64,000 nt of DNA from Candidatus Omnitrophota bacterium. Lineage in GTDB: Bacteria > Omnitrophota > Gorgyraeia > Gygaellales > Profunditerraquicolaceae. Under the pieces are notes generated by a model. That model made no database searches. It had not been told where the DNA came from and worked only from the letters and a program-made list of their open reading frames with translations. The stretch covers positions 74,133 through 138,132 of the forward strand of contig QZKH01000002.1 of assembly GCA_003598025.1 (NCBI GenBank), in the 5' to 3' direction. Shown in pieces: positions 17,323 to 26,631 of the stretch. Every line of letters begins with the position of its first letter. The stretch's first letter is position 1. The translations under genes and the position numbers were made by a program.

Positions 17323-18695
17323 AATATATAAGTTTGTGGATAGCTTTGAGTTTCTGCCTTGGATTGGGCCTTGCTTTTAAGGTAAATCTTGGGCTTATCC
17401 AGTTTTATATTCCGGTTATTATATTATTTGGGTTTTGTTTCTGGTGTATAAATCACGATAGGATTTTTCTGTTAATCATTTTTTTCTTATTTATTTCACT
17501 AGGGGCCTTCGCTTTAGCGGCAGAGCATTTAAGGCCGGATGATGATGCAGCTAATTTTATCAGCCCAAGTTCCAGGGAAATAATTTTAGAGGGTGTTGTT
17601 GCCAGCCAGCCGACAGTATATCCGGGGAAGGTTTCATTTTTCTTTAACGTATACAGCATGAATGTTGATGGATACAGGTGCAAATGCAGCGGGAAATTCC
17701 TGGCGTATATGCAGCAAAAACCGGTTTCCTTTGGAGACAGGCTTTTAGTAGAGGCGCGCCTAATGGATAACCCGGATAGCCGCAAAAAAAGGTTATCAAA
17801 AATTTTTATCATTAAAAGCTGCCCGGCGCAGGAAAAAGCTGCCAGGGGTGTGTTTAATTTTATTTGGTTATCCAAGCTGAGAAGCAAGATAAGCCTGATT
17901 ATCAACTCCAGGCTTTCTCCGGTATCGTCGGCACTGGTAAATGCAATGCTGCTGGGGTTAAAAGATGATTTACCGCTGCAGCTTAAGAAAATGTTTATAA
18001 ACACCGGTACCGGGCACATAATTTCCATTTCAGGCCTGCATTTAAGTGTCATAGTGTTCGTCAGCCTGATATTCCTGAAGTTATTGAGATTGCCTTACGC
18101 ATTGAGGACTTCTTTTTCCGTTATACTATTGATATTTTATTGCCTTTTTGCTGGAGCAAGTAGCCCGCTTATGCGCTCGACAATTATGTTTACGGTTACA
18201 TTATTGGCTTATGTTTTAGAAAGGGAGCCGGATATCTTGAATTGCCTGTCACTGGCCGCTCTAGTAATCCTGGTGCTTTTCCCTTCAGAAATAGCTCAGC
18301 CAAGTTTTCAGTTCACTTTTATAAGTATGCTTGCCATGATAATACTGGTTCCGGCTATCAGATCATTGCCGATATTCGGGTATCTCTTAAAGAATAAATA
18401 CCTTAAATTCCCGGTTTTATTAATTATCTCTTCATTATCTGTTTGGGCAGGGTTGCTGCCGCTAAGCCTGTATTATTTCAAGACCTTTTCTTTAATCGCG
18501 GTTGTGGCAAATGCAATAATCGTACCTTACGCGTCCTTAATTGTTATAAACGGATTAATATTTATAATTTCTGCTCTGTTGTTTAAAGACTTATCATGGG
18601 TCTTCGGCCTTCCCTTGGAACTTATGGTTTTCATTTTGGTAAAAATGATAGCCTTCTTTGACCGTTTCCCGGCAGGCCATTTCCACTTTACTTAG
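17319..18695 (+). CDS. comEC: ComEC/Rec2-family DNA internalisation channel, comprising the DUF4131 and Competence domains only, with no metallo-beta-lactamase domain
   Basis: Polytopic membrane protein with a ComEC-type core (GTGHIISISGLHLSVIV). The start overlaps the comEA stop. Confidence 0.65.
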   Translation: MKYISLWIALSFCLGLGLAFKVNLGLIQFYIPVIILFGFCFWCINHDRIFLLIIFFLFISLGAFALAAEHLRPDDDAANFISPSSREIILEGVVASQPTVYPGKVSFFFNVYSMNVDGYRCKCSGKFLAYMQQKPVSFGDRLLVEARLMDNPDSRKKRLSKIFIIKSCPAQEKAARGVFNFIWLSKLRSKISLIINSRLSPVSSALVNAMLLGLKDDLPLQLKKMFINTGTGHIISISGLHLSVIVFVSLIFLKLLRLPYALRTSFSVILLIFYCLFAGASSPLMRSTIMFTVTLLAYVLEREPDILNCLSLAALVILVLFPSEIAQPSFQFTFISMLAMIILVPAIRSLPIFGYLLKNKYLKFPVLLIISSLSVWAGLLPLSLYYFKTFSLIAVVANAIIVPYASLIVINGLIFIISALLFKDLSWVFGLPLELMVFILVKMIAFFDRFPAGHFHFT

Positions 18696-18710
18696 CCTGC
18701 TATCCGTAAC

Positions 18711-18731
18711 TATGAACTATGGACCATGAAC
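18711..18731. repeat. heptamer array (TATGAAC TATGGAC CATGAAC) upstream of the TPR lipoprotein promoter
   Basis: Read directly in the sequence. A TTGACA at 18756-18761 follows 24 bp later. Confidence 0.8.
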
Positions 18732-18792
18732 AAACCTACTTTGCCTACTTAGCAATTGACAAACATTCTGCTCTATGTTACTTTAATTTAAT

Positions 18793-19743
18793 ATGAAAAA
18801 GGCTTTTTTCTTTATTATAACCATTTCTGTTCTTGCTGTTTTCTTACCGCAGGATGCAGGCGCTTATTGGATTTGGACCCCCAAAACCGGTAAATGGGTC
18901 AATCCAAAGAACCAGGTCAAGGGCACGCCGCAAGAGCAGTTCAAACTTGCTAAAGACCTATATGATTCAGGGCAGTTAGCCGAGGCAGACAGGGAGTTTA
19001 AAAAGCTTATAAAAAGATACCCTAAAGCTTTTGAGGCTTCAGAAAGCCAGTATTACCTGGGTTTAATAGAAGAAAAACAGGGGAATCTTTACGAAGCCTT
19101 CACCGCCTACCAAAAGGTCATTGATAAGTACCCTTTTTCTGAAAGGATACAGGAGATAATTGAGAAGGAATATAAGATAGGCGAAGAGTTTATGTCAGGG
19201 TACAAGCGTAAAGGGCTTGGTGCCACTTTTGCGGTTGAAAACCCGGCAATAGAGATTTTTACAAAAGTAGTTGAAAACTCTACATACGGGCCGTTGGCAG
19301 CCAAAGCGCAATATAAACTGGGTTTGGTGCTTAAAGGGCTTATGCGTTATTATGATGCCGAGGAAGCATTTGATAAAGTCATTAATAATTACCCTGACAG
19401 CGAATGGGTCGAGGCCGCCAAATTCCAGATTGCAGAATGCCGGGCAAGCCTTTCCCGCGGGCCGGACTATGATTTAGGGGCTGCCAAGGATGCCAAGGAC
19501 AGGTTTGAAGACTTTTTAATGGAGCATCCCGATGCGGAATTATCCAGGGAAGCTGAAAAGAATATCCAGGAGCTTAACGAAAAAGAGGCAGAAAGTAGTT
19601 ATAATATAGCTTTCTTTTATGAGAAGCAGAGGGACTTTAAGCCAGCCATGATTTATTATCAGGATATAATTGAAAAATACCCAAATAGTATTTGGGCGGC
19701 AAAGGCTTTAGAGAGAATGAGGGTATTGGAAAGGAAGAAATGA
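18793..19743 (+). CDS. TPR-repeat outer-membrane lipoprotein (BamD/YbgF-like)
   Basis: Signal peptide followed by multiple TPR-like repeats (YYLGL..., YKLGLVL...). Its position next to lptE fits an outer-membrane biogenesis role. Confidence 0.45.
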   Translation: MKKAFFFIITISVLAVFLPQDAGAYWIWTPKTGKWVNPKNQVKGTPQEQFKLAKDLYDSGQLAEADREFKKLIKRYPKAFEASESQYYLGLIEEKQGNLYEAFTAYQKVIDKYPFSERIQEIIEKEYKIGEEFMSGYKRKGLGATFAVENPAIEIFTKVVENSTYGPLAAKAQYKLGLVLKGLMRYYDAEEAFDKVINNYPDSEWVEAAKFQIAECRASLSRGPDYDLGAAKDAKDRFEDFLMEHPDAELSREAEKNIQELNEKEAESSYNIAFFYEKQRDFKPAMIYYQDIIEKYPNSIWAAKALERMRVLERKK

Positions 19744-20321
19744 TAGGTCGCAGAAGACACACTATAAATTATGGCTTATTCATTAAATTTGCAATTTTTT
19801 CAACCATGCTATTCATGACCTTGGCGCTTACCGGATGCGGGTATACAACCCGGTCCATGATTTCGAATAAATACCGTACTATATATATTGCGCCTTTTCT
19901 CAATAAAATAGACATAACCAGGGATACCGATACCGCCAATAAATATAAATTATACAGGCCAAAACTTGAGACAGACGTAACCAGAAAGGTCGTCGATAAG
20001 TATTTGTTTGACGGTAACTTGCGCCCGGTGAATTCCGAAACTGCCGATCTCATTCTAAAGGGTGAGGTGGTTGATTTTCGCAAGGACCCTTTGCGTTACA
20101 CAGAAAGCGATGAAGTCAAGGAATACAGGGTAAGCATAAGCGTAAATATCACCTTGTGGGACCAGAAAGAACAGAAGATGCTTTGGCAGGAAGGAAATTT
20201 TACCGGAGATAATACTTATTTTACCCAGGGCGCACTCAGCAAATCGGAAGCCACGGCTGTAAATGATGCCATTAATGATTTAGCCCGCAGGATAGTCGAG
20301 CGTACAGTTGAGCAATGGTAA
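19740..20321 (+). CDS. lptE: LPS-assembly lipoprotein LptE
   Basis: Lipobox LTGCGY. It is about 190 aa and shows conserved leuS-lptE-holA synteny. Start taken at the ATG that overlaps the upstream stop. Confidence 0.55.
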   Translation: MIGRRRHTINYGLFIKFAIFSTMLFMTLALTGCGYTTRSMISNKYRTIYIAPFLNKIDITRDTDTANKYKLYRPKLETDVTRKVVDKYLFDGNLRPVNSETADLILKGEVVDFRKDPLRYTESDEVKEYRVSISVNITLWDQKEQKMLWQEGNFTGDNTYFTQGALSKSEATAVNDAINDLARRIVERTVEQW

Positions 20322-20983
20322 GAATTGATAACGGGATTTATGTTTTTATAGGAGAAGATCCTTTCTCAAAGGATGCGCAGCTAGGCAGGATAAAAAAAGA
20401 ATTCTTAAATAAGGAAACAGAACAGTTCAATACCGATACTTTCAGCGCCCGCGAAACCAAACTAGCCAATCTTCAAGAAAAATTATTATTCCTTCCCTTT
20501 AAATCCGATAAAAGGATCGTAGTTATAAGGCATGCCCAGCTTCTGGATAAAAGCATACAGGAGTTCATTATCTCTTATGCATCAAAGCCGCATACAAATA
20601 ACCTGCTTATCCTGGATATAGACCGGTTTGAAGCAAAAGACAAGTTTATCCGTCAGGTCATCACAGGAGCCAAAGTCTTCCGTTTCAGGCAGGAGGATCG
20701 GGTTGACACTTTCAATTTAGTAAGGCAGATAGACTCAAAGCATCCTGGATATGCCTTGCGAACGCTTGGGTTATTGCTGGATAAAGGAGAAAAGCCCGAG
20801 CGTATCCTGGGGGGGTTAAGGTACTCCTGGGAGAATTACCGGGGTCCGCTTAAAGATAGGCGAAGGAAGCTTAAATTGTTGCTTGATTGCGATATAGAAA
20901 TGAAAACGGGCAAATTGAAAGCTCAATTTGCCCTTGAAAAACTGGTTGTTAAGTTATGCGCTTTTGGAGATACGCTGCATTAA
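20315..20983 (+). CDS. holA: DNA polymerase III delta subunit (compact form)
   Basis: N-terminus YVFIGEDPFSKDAQLGRI, with synteny after lptE. At 222 aa it is shorter than the usual delta subunit. Confidence 0.55.
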   Translation: MVRIDNGIYVFIGEDPFSKDAQLGRIKKEFLNKETEQFNTDTFSARETKLANLQEKLLFLPFKSDKRIVVIRHAQLLDKSIQEFIISYASKPHTNNLLILDIDRFEAKDKFIRQVITGAKVFRFRQEDRVDTFNLVRQIDSKHPGYALRTLGLLLDKGEKPERILGGLRYSWENYRGPLKDRRRKLKLLLDCDIEMKTGKLKAQFALEKLVVKLCAFGDTLH

Positions 20984-21217
20984 GCGTGATTTCTTGCGGC
21001 TAGCCATACTTTTATGGATTACATTCTTCTTGGCGGCCTTGTCAAGCTTAGAAAAAACCATGCTGAGAAGTTTCTTCGCTTCCTCAATGTTCTTTGCTGC
21101 TGCCAAAGAATTGAATTTTTTAAGGACTTTCTTTAATTCATTTTTTATCTTTAGGTTTCTCAGGCGCCTTTTGCTGTCTGCGCGTTTTCTTTTGATCGAT
21201 GTTCTGCGTCTAGGCAT
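20954..21217 (-). CDS. rpsT: 30S ribosomal protein S20
   Basis: Lys/Arg-rich 87-aa protein with S20 signature (SAKKRHRQ-like: IKRKRADSKRRLRN...KAAKKNVIHK). AAGGAG lies 7 nt upstream. Confidence 0.85.
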   Translation of the reverse strand: MPRRRTSIKRKRADSKRRLRNLKIKNELKKVLKKFNSLAAAKNIEEAKKLLSMVFSKLDKAAKKNVIHKSMASRKKSRLMQRISKSA

Positions 21218-21269
21218 ATCAAATTCTCCTTTTGAATGATTTTAGTAAATATAACATAATTGAATAGAG

Positions 21270-22865
21270 GTGTCAATATTTAACATGGGGACAGAAAATA
21301 CTCATGATTCAAACAGGCAGATAGCTAAATCAAGCGGGATAATCGGCCTTGCTACACTTTGTTCCCGCCTGCTTGGGTTTATCAGGGATATAGTAATAGC
21401 CAGGCTGTTCGGGGTGTATGTTTATGCCCAGGCTTTTGTAATAGCTTTCAGAATACCGAATCTTTTCAGGGATTTAGTGGCAGAAGGTGCTGCAAATTCT
21501 GCTTTTGTGCCTGTTTTTAGCGAATATAAGGTCAAGCATTCAAAAGAAGATTTTTGGGAGCTTGCGAATGTAGTTTTAAACCTGCTTTTAGTGGTATTAG
21601 CCGGAATAACAGTGTTAGGGATTACTTTCTCTCCGGCTATAGTACGTATTATAGCCCCCGGGTTTATAGCCGAACCGGACAAACTGGAAGCAACAATAAG
21701 GTTAAACAGGCTGATTTTCCCTTATATTTTGCTGGTAGGGTTATCTGCTTATTCGGCAGCTATTCTGAATTCACTCCGGCATTTTTCCGTGCCGGCTTTT
21801 TCGCCCTGCATTTTAAATATCTCCATAATAGTATTTGCTTTAATATTCGGCGAGAATATAAAAGGCCTAGCGCTTGGTGTTCTGATAGGAGGCCTGCTCC
21901 AATTAGCTATACAGATTCCCGTTTTATATAAGAAGGGGTTCCGTCTCAGGTTCCCGAAACATTTTAAGCACCCGGCTGCTTTTGAAATAGGCCATCTTAT
22001 GCTGCCCAGGCTGGGTAGCTCGGCAATATACCAGTTAAATACTTTTATTGATTCCGTATACGGCTCTTTATCTTCAATTGTCGGAGAGGGGGGAGTAGCC
22101 GGGTTATATTTCGGCTACAGGCTTATACAATTCCCTATAGGTATATTCAGTAATTCCCTTGCGCAGGTAATATTGCCTACTTTTTCCACGCAGGCATTGG
22201 AAGAAGGGCTCCTGAATTTAAAGAAAACACTCTCTTGGGGGCTGCGGACGGTATTTTTTATAATGATCCCGGCTTCTGCCGGGTTCATGGTTTTATCACA
22301 GCAAATAGTCTTTACGCTTTTCCAGGGCGGGAAATTTGATGCCTATGCAACAGGCTTAACGGCAAGCGCGCTATTTTATTATAGTATCGGCCTTTTTGCT
22401 TACGCAGGCATAAAAATAATCCAATGTTGTTATTTTGCCTTAAAAGATACCGTAACCCCGGCCAAAGTTTCTATTCTTACTTTAGCCTTAAATATAATAT
22501 TCAATACTATTTTTATGTTCCCTTTGAAATTAGCAGGTTTGGCTTTGGCTACCTCTTTATCCGGTATAATCAGCTTTCTGGTGCTGGGAATTATGTTGAG
22601 AAAGAAACTCGGAGGTTTCGGCCTTAAAGAAGTTGTTTTTTCTTTCACAAAGATTTTGCTGGCCAGCATTGCCATGAGCATGGCGCTGTTTTATTGTTCT
22701 AGATATTCATCTTTTGACGGGGCGATGCCGTTAAAATTGTTAAAGATATCGGGGATAGTGTTGATAGGAGCTGTTTTTTATTTGATTTTTTGTTTTTTAT
22801 TCCGCGTAAAAGAGGCGCGGGATTTTTTCAGATGGGTTTTTGAACTCAAAAACAGGCATGGTTAA
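21270..22865 (+). CDS. murJ: lipid II flippase MurJ (MviN)
   Basis: N-terminal ...LSRLLGFIRDIVIARLFG...DAF..AFRIPNL. 14 TM. 531 aa. Confidence 0.85.
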   Translation: MSIFNMGTENTHDSNRQIAKSSGIIGLATLCSRLLGFIRDIVIARLFGVYVYAQAFVIAFRIPNLFRDLVAEGAANSAFVPVFSEYKVKHSKEDFWELANVVLNLLLVVLAGITVLGITFSPAIVRIIAPGFIAEPDKLEATIRLNRLIFPYILLVGLSAYSAAILNSLRHFSVPAFSPCILNISIIVFALIFGENIKGLALGVLIGGLLQLAIQIPVLYKKGFRLRFPKHFKHPAAFEIGHLMLPRLGSSAIYQLNTFIDSVYGSLSSIVGEGGVAGLYFGYRLIQFPIGIFSNSLAQVILPTFSTQALEEGLLNLKKTLSWGLRTVFFIMIPASAGFMVLSQQIVFTLFQGGKFDAYATGLTASALFYYSIGLFAYAGIKIIQCCYFALKDTVTPAKVSILTLALNIIFNTIFMFPLKLAGLALATSLSGIISFLVLGIMLRKKLGGFGLKEVVFSFTKILLASIAMSMALFYCSRYSSFDGAMPLKLLKISGIVLIGAVFYLIFCFLFRVKEARDFFRWVFELKNRHG

Positions 22866-24108
22866 CAAAAAAGAGCTAAGAGAGAAGATAAATGTATTCC
22901 CGGATACACCCGGGGTATATATCTTTAAAGATAGCCTGGGAAACGTATTGTATGTGGGCAAAGCCAAAGCGCTTAAAAAGCGCGTATCTTCTTATTTGCG
23001 TAAGAATATATCCGGCAAAACCCAGGCAATGATGCTTAAAGTCTGTGATGCCGAATATATAGGAGTAAATACAGAAAGCCAGGCAGAGATCCTGGAAGCG
23101 TCTCTTATAAAGGATAAGCAGCCCCCTTATAATATCAGCCAGAAAGATGACAAAAGTTTTCCGCGTATAAAGATAACCAATGAGGATTTTCCGGTTATCT
23201 CTATTTGCCGGAAGAAAACCATAGATAAAAATGATAATGCCGTATATTTTGGGCCTTACACTGATGCCGCATTCCTCAAGCAGGCGCTTAAATTAATACG
23301 TAAAATATTCGGTTTCCGTTCCTGCAAGAATATGCCTCATAAAATGTGCTTGTATGGAAGGATAAAGTTGTGCCCTGCGCCTTGCCAGGGCCGGATACCC
23401 AAACAGCAGTACAATGAGTTGATAGAACAGATAAAATTGTTTTTGAATTCTAAATACCAGGATTTATCTAACAGGCTTAGGCTTAAGATGCAGGAGGCGG
23501 CGGATTCTCATAATTATGAGGAGGCTGCTCATGTCCGCGATCAAATAGGGGCTTTGGCGGCTATCTCTAACTCGGATATACAGGATTTTACTTTAGATAA
23601 TCTGGTTGAACTTAAGAGGGCGTTGGGCCTTAAGAAGACGCCTTACAGGATTGAAGCTTTTGATATCTCCAATATTTCCGGTAAAGAGGCATGCGGCTCG
23701 ATGGTAAGTTTTTATAAAGGATCGCCTGATAAAAACAATTACCGCAGGTTCCGTATAAAGACTATAGATGCAATCGATGATTATGCCATGATAAAAGAAG
23801 TGGTAAGAAGGCGTTATGGGAGGCTTCTTAATAATAGCTTGCCTTTACCGGATTTGATCATTATTGACGGAGGCAAGGGGCATCTTCAGGCTGTTTACGA
23901 AGAGCTGGGTAAGCTCGCTGCACCTATTCCTTTAGCCAGTATCGCTAAAGCCGAAGAGAATATTTATGTCATGGAGAGTAAAGGCCCTGTAAGGTTGTCT
24001 AAAGACTCTGCCGCATTGAATATAGTGCGCAGGATACGCGATGAAGCGCATCGTTTTGCCCTCGCTTATCACCATATCCTGAGAAGAAAAAAAATAATCG
24101 GTAAATGA
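22858..24108 (+). CDS. uvrC: excinuclease ABC subunit C, short form lacking the C-terminal HhH domain
   Basis: GIY-YIG (GVYIF...LYVGKAKALKKRVSSY), a UVR domain (YEEAAHVRDQIGAL) and the RNase-H-like endonuclease domain. It ends right after that domain. Confidence 0.7.
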   Translation: MVNKKELREKINVFPDTPGVYIFKDSLGNVLYVGKAKALKKRVSSYLRKNISGKTQAMMLKVCDAEYIGVNTESQAEILEASLIKDKQPPYNISQKDDKSFPRIKITNEDFPVISICRKKTIDKNDNAVYFGPYTDAAFLKQALKLIRKIFGFRSCKNMPHKMCLYGRIKLCPAPCQGRIPKQQYNELIEQIKLFLNSKYQDLSNRLRLKMQEAADSHNYEEAAHVRDQIGALAAISNSDIQDFTLDNLVELKRALGLKKTPYRIEAFDISNISGKEACGSMVSFYKGSPDKNNYRRFRIKTIDAIDDYAMIKEVVRRRYGRLLNNSLPLPDLIIIDGGKGHLQAVYEELGKLAAPIPLASIAKAEENIYVMESKGPVRLSKDSAALNIVRRIRDEAHRFALAYHHILRRKKIIGK

Positions 24109-24377
24109 TCAGCCCTTTTGCCAGAAAAGTTTATAAAGTAGTTTTGAGTATACCATTAGGCCAGGTGCGCACTTATAAATGGGTGGCCCGCGCCTCCGGC
24201 AGGCCTAAAGCATACAGGGCAGTAGGTTCAATCCTTAGAAAAAATCCCTATCCTTTAATAATACCATGCCATAGGGTAGTGAGTTCCGGCAAGGACATAG
24301 GCGGATATGCTTACGGCAAGAAGAATAAGGGGATACTGTTAAAACTGGAAAGACAAATAAGCAAATTAGTGCTATAA
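24105..24377 (+). CDS. minimal methylated-DNA-protein-cysteine methyltransferase (MGMT/Ogt C-terminal domain only)
   Basis: PCHRVV active-site motif with its Cys retained, and a helix-turn-helix region (YKWVA...GRPKAYRAVGS). 90 aa. Confidence 0.7.
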   Translation: MISPFARKVYKVVLSIPLGQVRTYKWVARASGRPKAYRAVGSILRKNPYPLIIPCHRVVSSGKDIGGYAYGKKNKGILLKLERQISKLVL

Positions 24378-24416
24378 TAAACCACTATTAATATTGAATT
24401 TTTTGGGAGGTGTTAC

Positions 24417-25490
24417 ATGCTGATAAAAGATTTTATAAAAGAGATGGTCGATAAAAAAGCATCTGATTTATTTTTCCGTGCCGGAGGCGTGCCGCACCTG
24501 CGCATAGACGGCAAGGTCATGCCTGTAGGAGACAAGGTATTAAGCCTTGAACAGGTCTTAAAAGCAGTGGATGATATTACTACTCCGAAACAGCGGGAGG
24601 CTTTCAGGCAGAAATTAGATATCGATTTTGCCCTTTACAGCGATGAGATGTCCAGGCGTTTCCGCGTAAGTATTTTTTTGCAGAGGAATTGGCCTTCGAT
24701 TGTAATAAGGAATATTAACAATACGGTATCTAATTTTGAGGAGTTGTTCCTGCCTGCGGATATACTTAAGAAGCTTTGTTCGGAAAGCAGAGGGCTCGTG
24801 CTTTTGACCGGAAGTGCCGGAAGCGGTAAATCCACGACCATAGCAAGCATGATAGAGTATATAAACAGCAACACAAACAGGCATGTCCTTACCGTAGAAG
24901 AGCCGATAGAATATACATTTAAAGACAACCAGTCAATTGTAAACCAAAGAGAGCTTGGCCAGGATGTAAGCTCATATGCGGTAGCGCTGCGTTCTTTCAA
25001 TCTGCAGAGCCCAGATGTGATTTTTATCGGCAATATCATGGATGTCGAGACTATGGCAGCTGCCCTTAGGGCAGCAGAGACCGGGGTCCTGGTTTTAAGT
25101 ACCCTGCATACGGTAAATGCCGCGCAGACTGTGGAAAGAATAATCAATTTCTTTCCGCCGCATCAACACCAGCAGATAAGGATACAGCTTTCCTATTTGT
25201 TAAAAGGAGTTATTTCATTAAGGCTGCTCCCGCTTAATAACCAAGCCGGGCGAATACCGGCTTACGAAGTCATGCTTTTGACTCCGACGATAAGCAGGCT
25301 TATCAGGGAAGCCAAGACCTGGGAGATACCCCAGTTTATAGAAGAAGGCAATATTTTCGGGATGTCTTCTTTTAACCAAAATTTGGTCAGGTTGGTCAGA
25401 GAGGGCAAGATCACCGAAGAAAATGCCAAACGTTTCTCTGATAATGAAGAGGAGCTGGTGCTTTCTTTAAGGGGCATCAGGAAGACTTAA
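24417..25490 (+). CDS. pilT: type IV pilus retraction ATPase of the PilT/PilU family
   Basis: Walker A GSAGSGKSTT, and Asp and His boxes typical of PilT-class secretion ATPases. Confidence 0.8.
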   Translation: MLIKDFIKEMVDKKASDLFFRAGGVPHLRIDGKVMPVGDKVLSLEQVLKAVDDITTPKQREAFRQKLDIDFALYSDEMSRRFRVSIFLQRNWPSIVIRNINNTVSNFEELFLPADILKKLCSESRGLVLLTGSAGSGKSTTIASMIEYINSNTNRHVLTVEEPIEYTFKDNQSIVNQRELGQDVSSYAVALRSFNLQSPDVIFIGNIMDVETMAAALRAAETGVLVLSTLHTVNAAQTVERIINFFPPHQHQQIRIQLSYLLKGVISLRLLPLNNQAGRIPAYEVMLLTPTISRLIREAKTWEIPQFIEEGNIFGMSSFNQNLVRLVREGKITEENAKRFSDNEEELVLSLRGIRKT

Positions 25491-25518
25491 TGAAAGTCAA
25501 AAAGTATAAGGAGTAATA

Positions 25519-26629
25519 ATGTTAGACGAGTTAAAAGCAAGCCTGGCACAGATAGAAATAAAACTTCAGCAACTAAGAGGTTATCTTTGACATAGATAAT
25601 AAGAAGCAGGAAATAGATGCTTTATCTAACCAGATGTCTTCAGCAAGCTTTTGGGATGACAGCATACAATCGGCAAAGACAGTCAAGCAGTTAAAGTTTT
25701 TAAAAGGCATAGTAGAGCCCTGGCAGGCTTCTTATAATAAATTCATAGAGATCAGGGAAATGGCCGGGATAGTTAGCAGCCAGGATAGTTCTTTTTTAAG
25801 CGAATTATCCGGAGAGACTGTCAAGCTTTCTGCGGAATTGGAAAGATTGGAGTTTAAGACACTCCTGGGCGAAGAGTTTGATAAAAATAACGCCATCCTC
25901 AGCATCAATTCAGGGGCAGGCGGCACTGAGTCGTGCGATTGGGCTTCTATGCTTATGAGGATGTATATCCGTTTTGCTGAGAAGCAGGGATATAGCGCTA
26001 AAGTAATGGATGTCCTTCCCGGAGACGAAGCCGGTATAAAAAACGTAACTGTGCTAATGACCGGTGATTACGCTTACGGTTATCTTAAGGCTGAACGAGG
26101 GGTTCACAGGCTGGTGCGTATATCTCCATTCGATGCCAACAAGCGCAGGCATACCTCTTTTGCGTCAGTAGATGTAATTCCTGAGGTAGATGAAGAGATT
26201 GATTTAAAAGTCAGCGAAAGTGATTTACGCATAGATGTATACCGTTCAAAAGGAGCAGGCGGCCAAAGCGTAAATACGACAGATTCGGCGGTGCGTATCA
26301 CCCATGTGCCTACAGGCATAGTCGCCCAGTGCCAGAACGAAAGGTCCCAGCATCAGAACAAACAGATGGCCATGAAGATACTGAAAGCCAGGCTTTATGA
26401 ATACGAGAAATCAAAAAAAGAGCAGGAATTATCCAAGTATTATGATTCTGACAAAAAGAAAATAGAATGGGGAAGCCAAATACGTTCTTATGTCATGCAT
26501 CCTTATAATATGGTCAAGGACCATCGCACAGACTATGAGACAGGAGATGTCTCTAGTGTTATGGACGGAGAATTAGAAAAGTTCATAGAGGCATATTTAA
26601 GAAAAAAAAGAAGCAATGGCAATATATAA
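25519..26629 (+). CDS. prfB: peptide chain release factor 2 with programmed +1 ribosomal frameshift at CTT TGA C (25585-25591)
   Basis: ORF1 [23 protein letters not shown] stops at 25588-25590. The internal SD-like AGAGG and the CUU UGA C slippery site are canonical. The +1 frame continues [10 protein letters not shown]... into the RF2 body, which has the SPF and GGQ motifs. Confidence 0.85.
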
Positions 26630-26631
26630 AA

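Noticed and set aside
17453-18052. Long antisense ORFs (199 aa here, and similar ones at 24635-25147, 36553-37167, 49520-50107, 55254-55865, 14049-14522)
   Set aside because: Each lies wholly inside a well-supported sense-strand gene, has no RBS, and shows no recognisable motif. Such frames are expected by chance.
20928-21239. 103-aa + strand ORF overlapping rpsT
   Set aside because: It is antisense to a clearly recognisable S20 gene.
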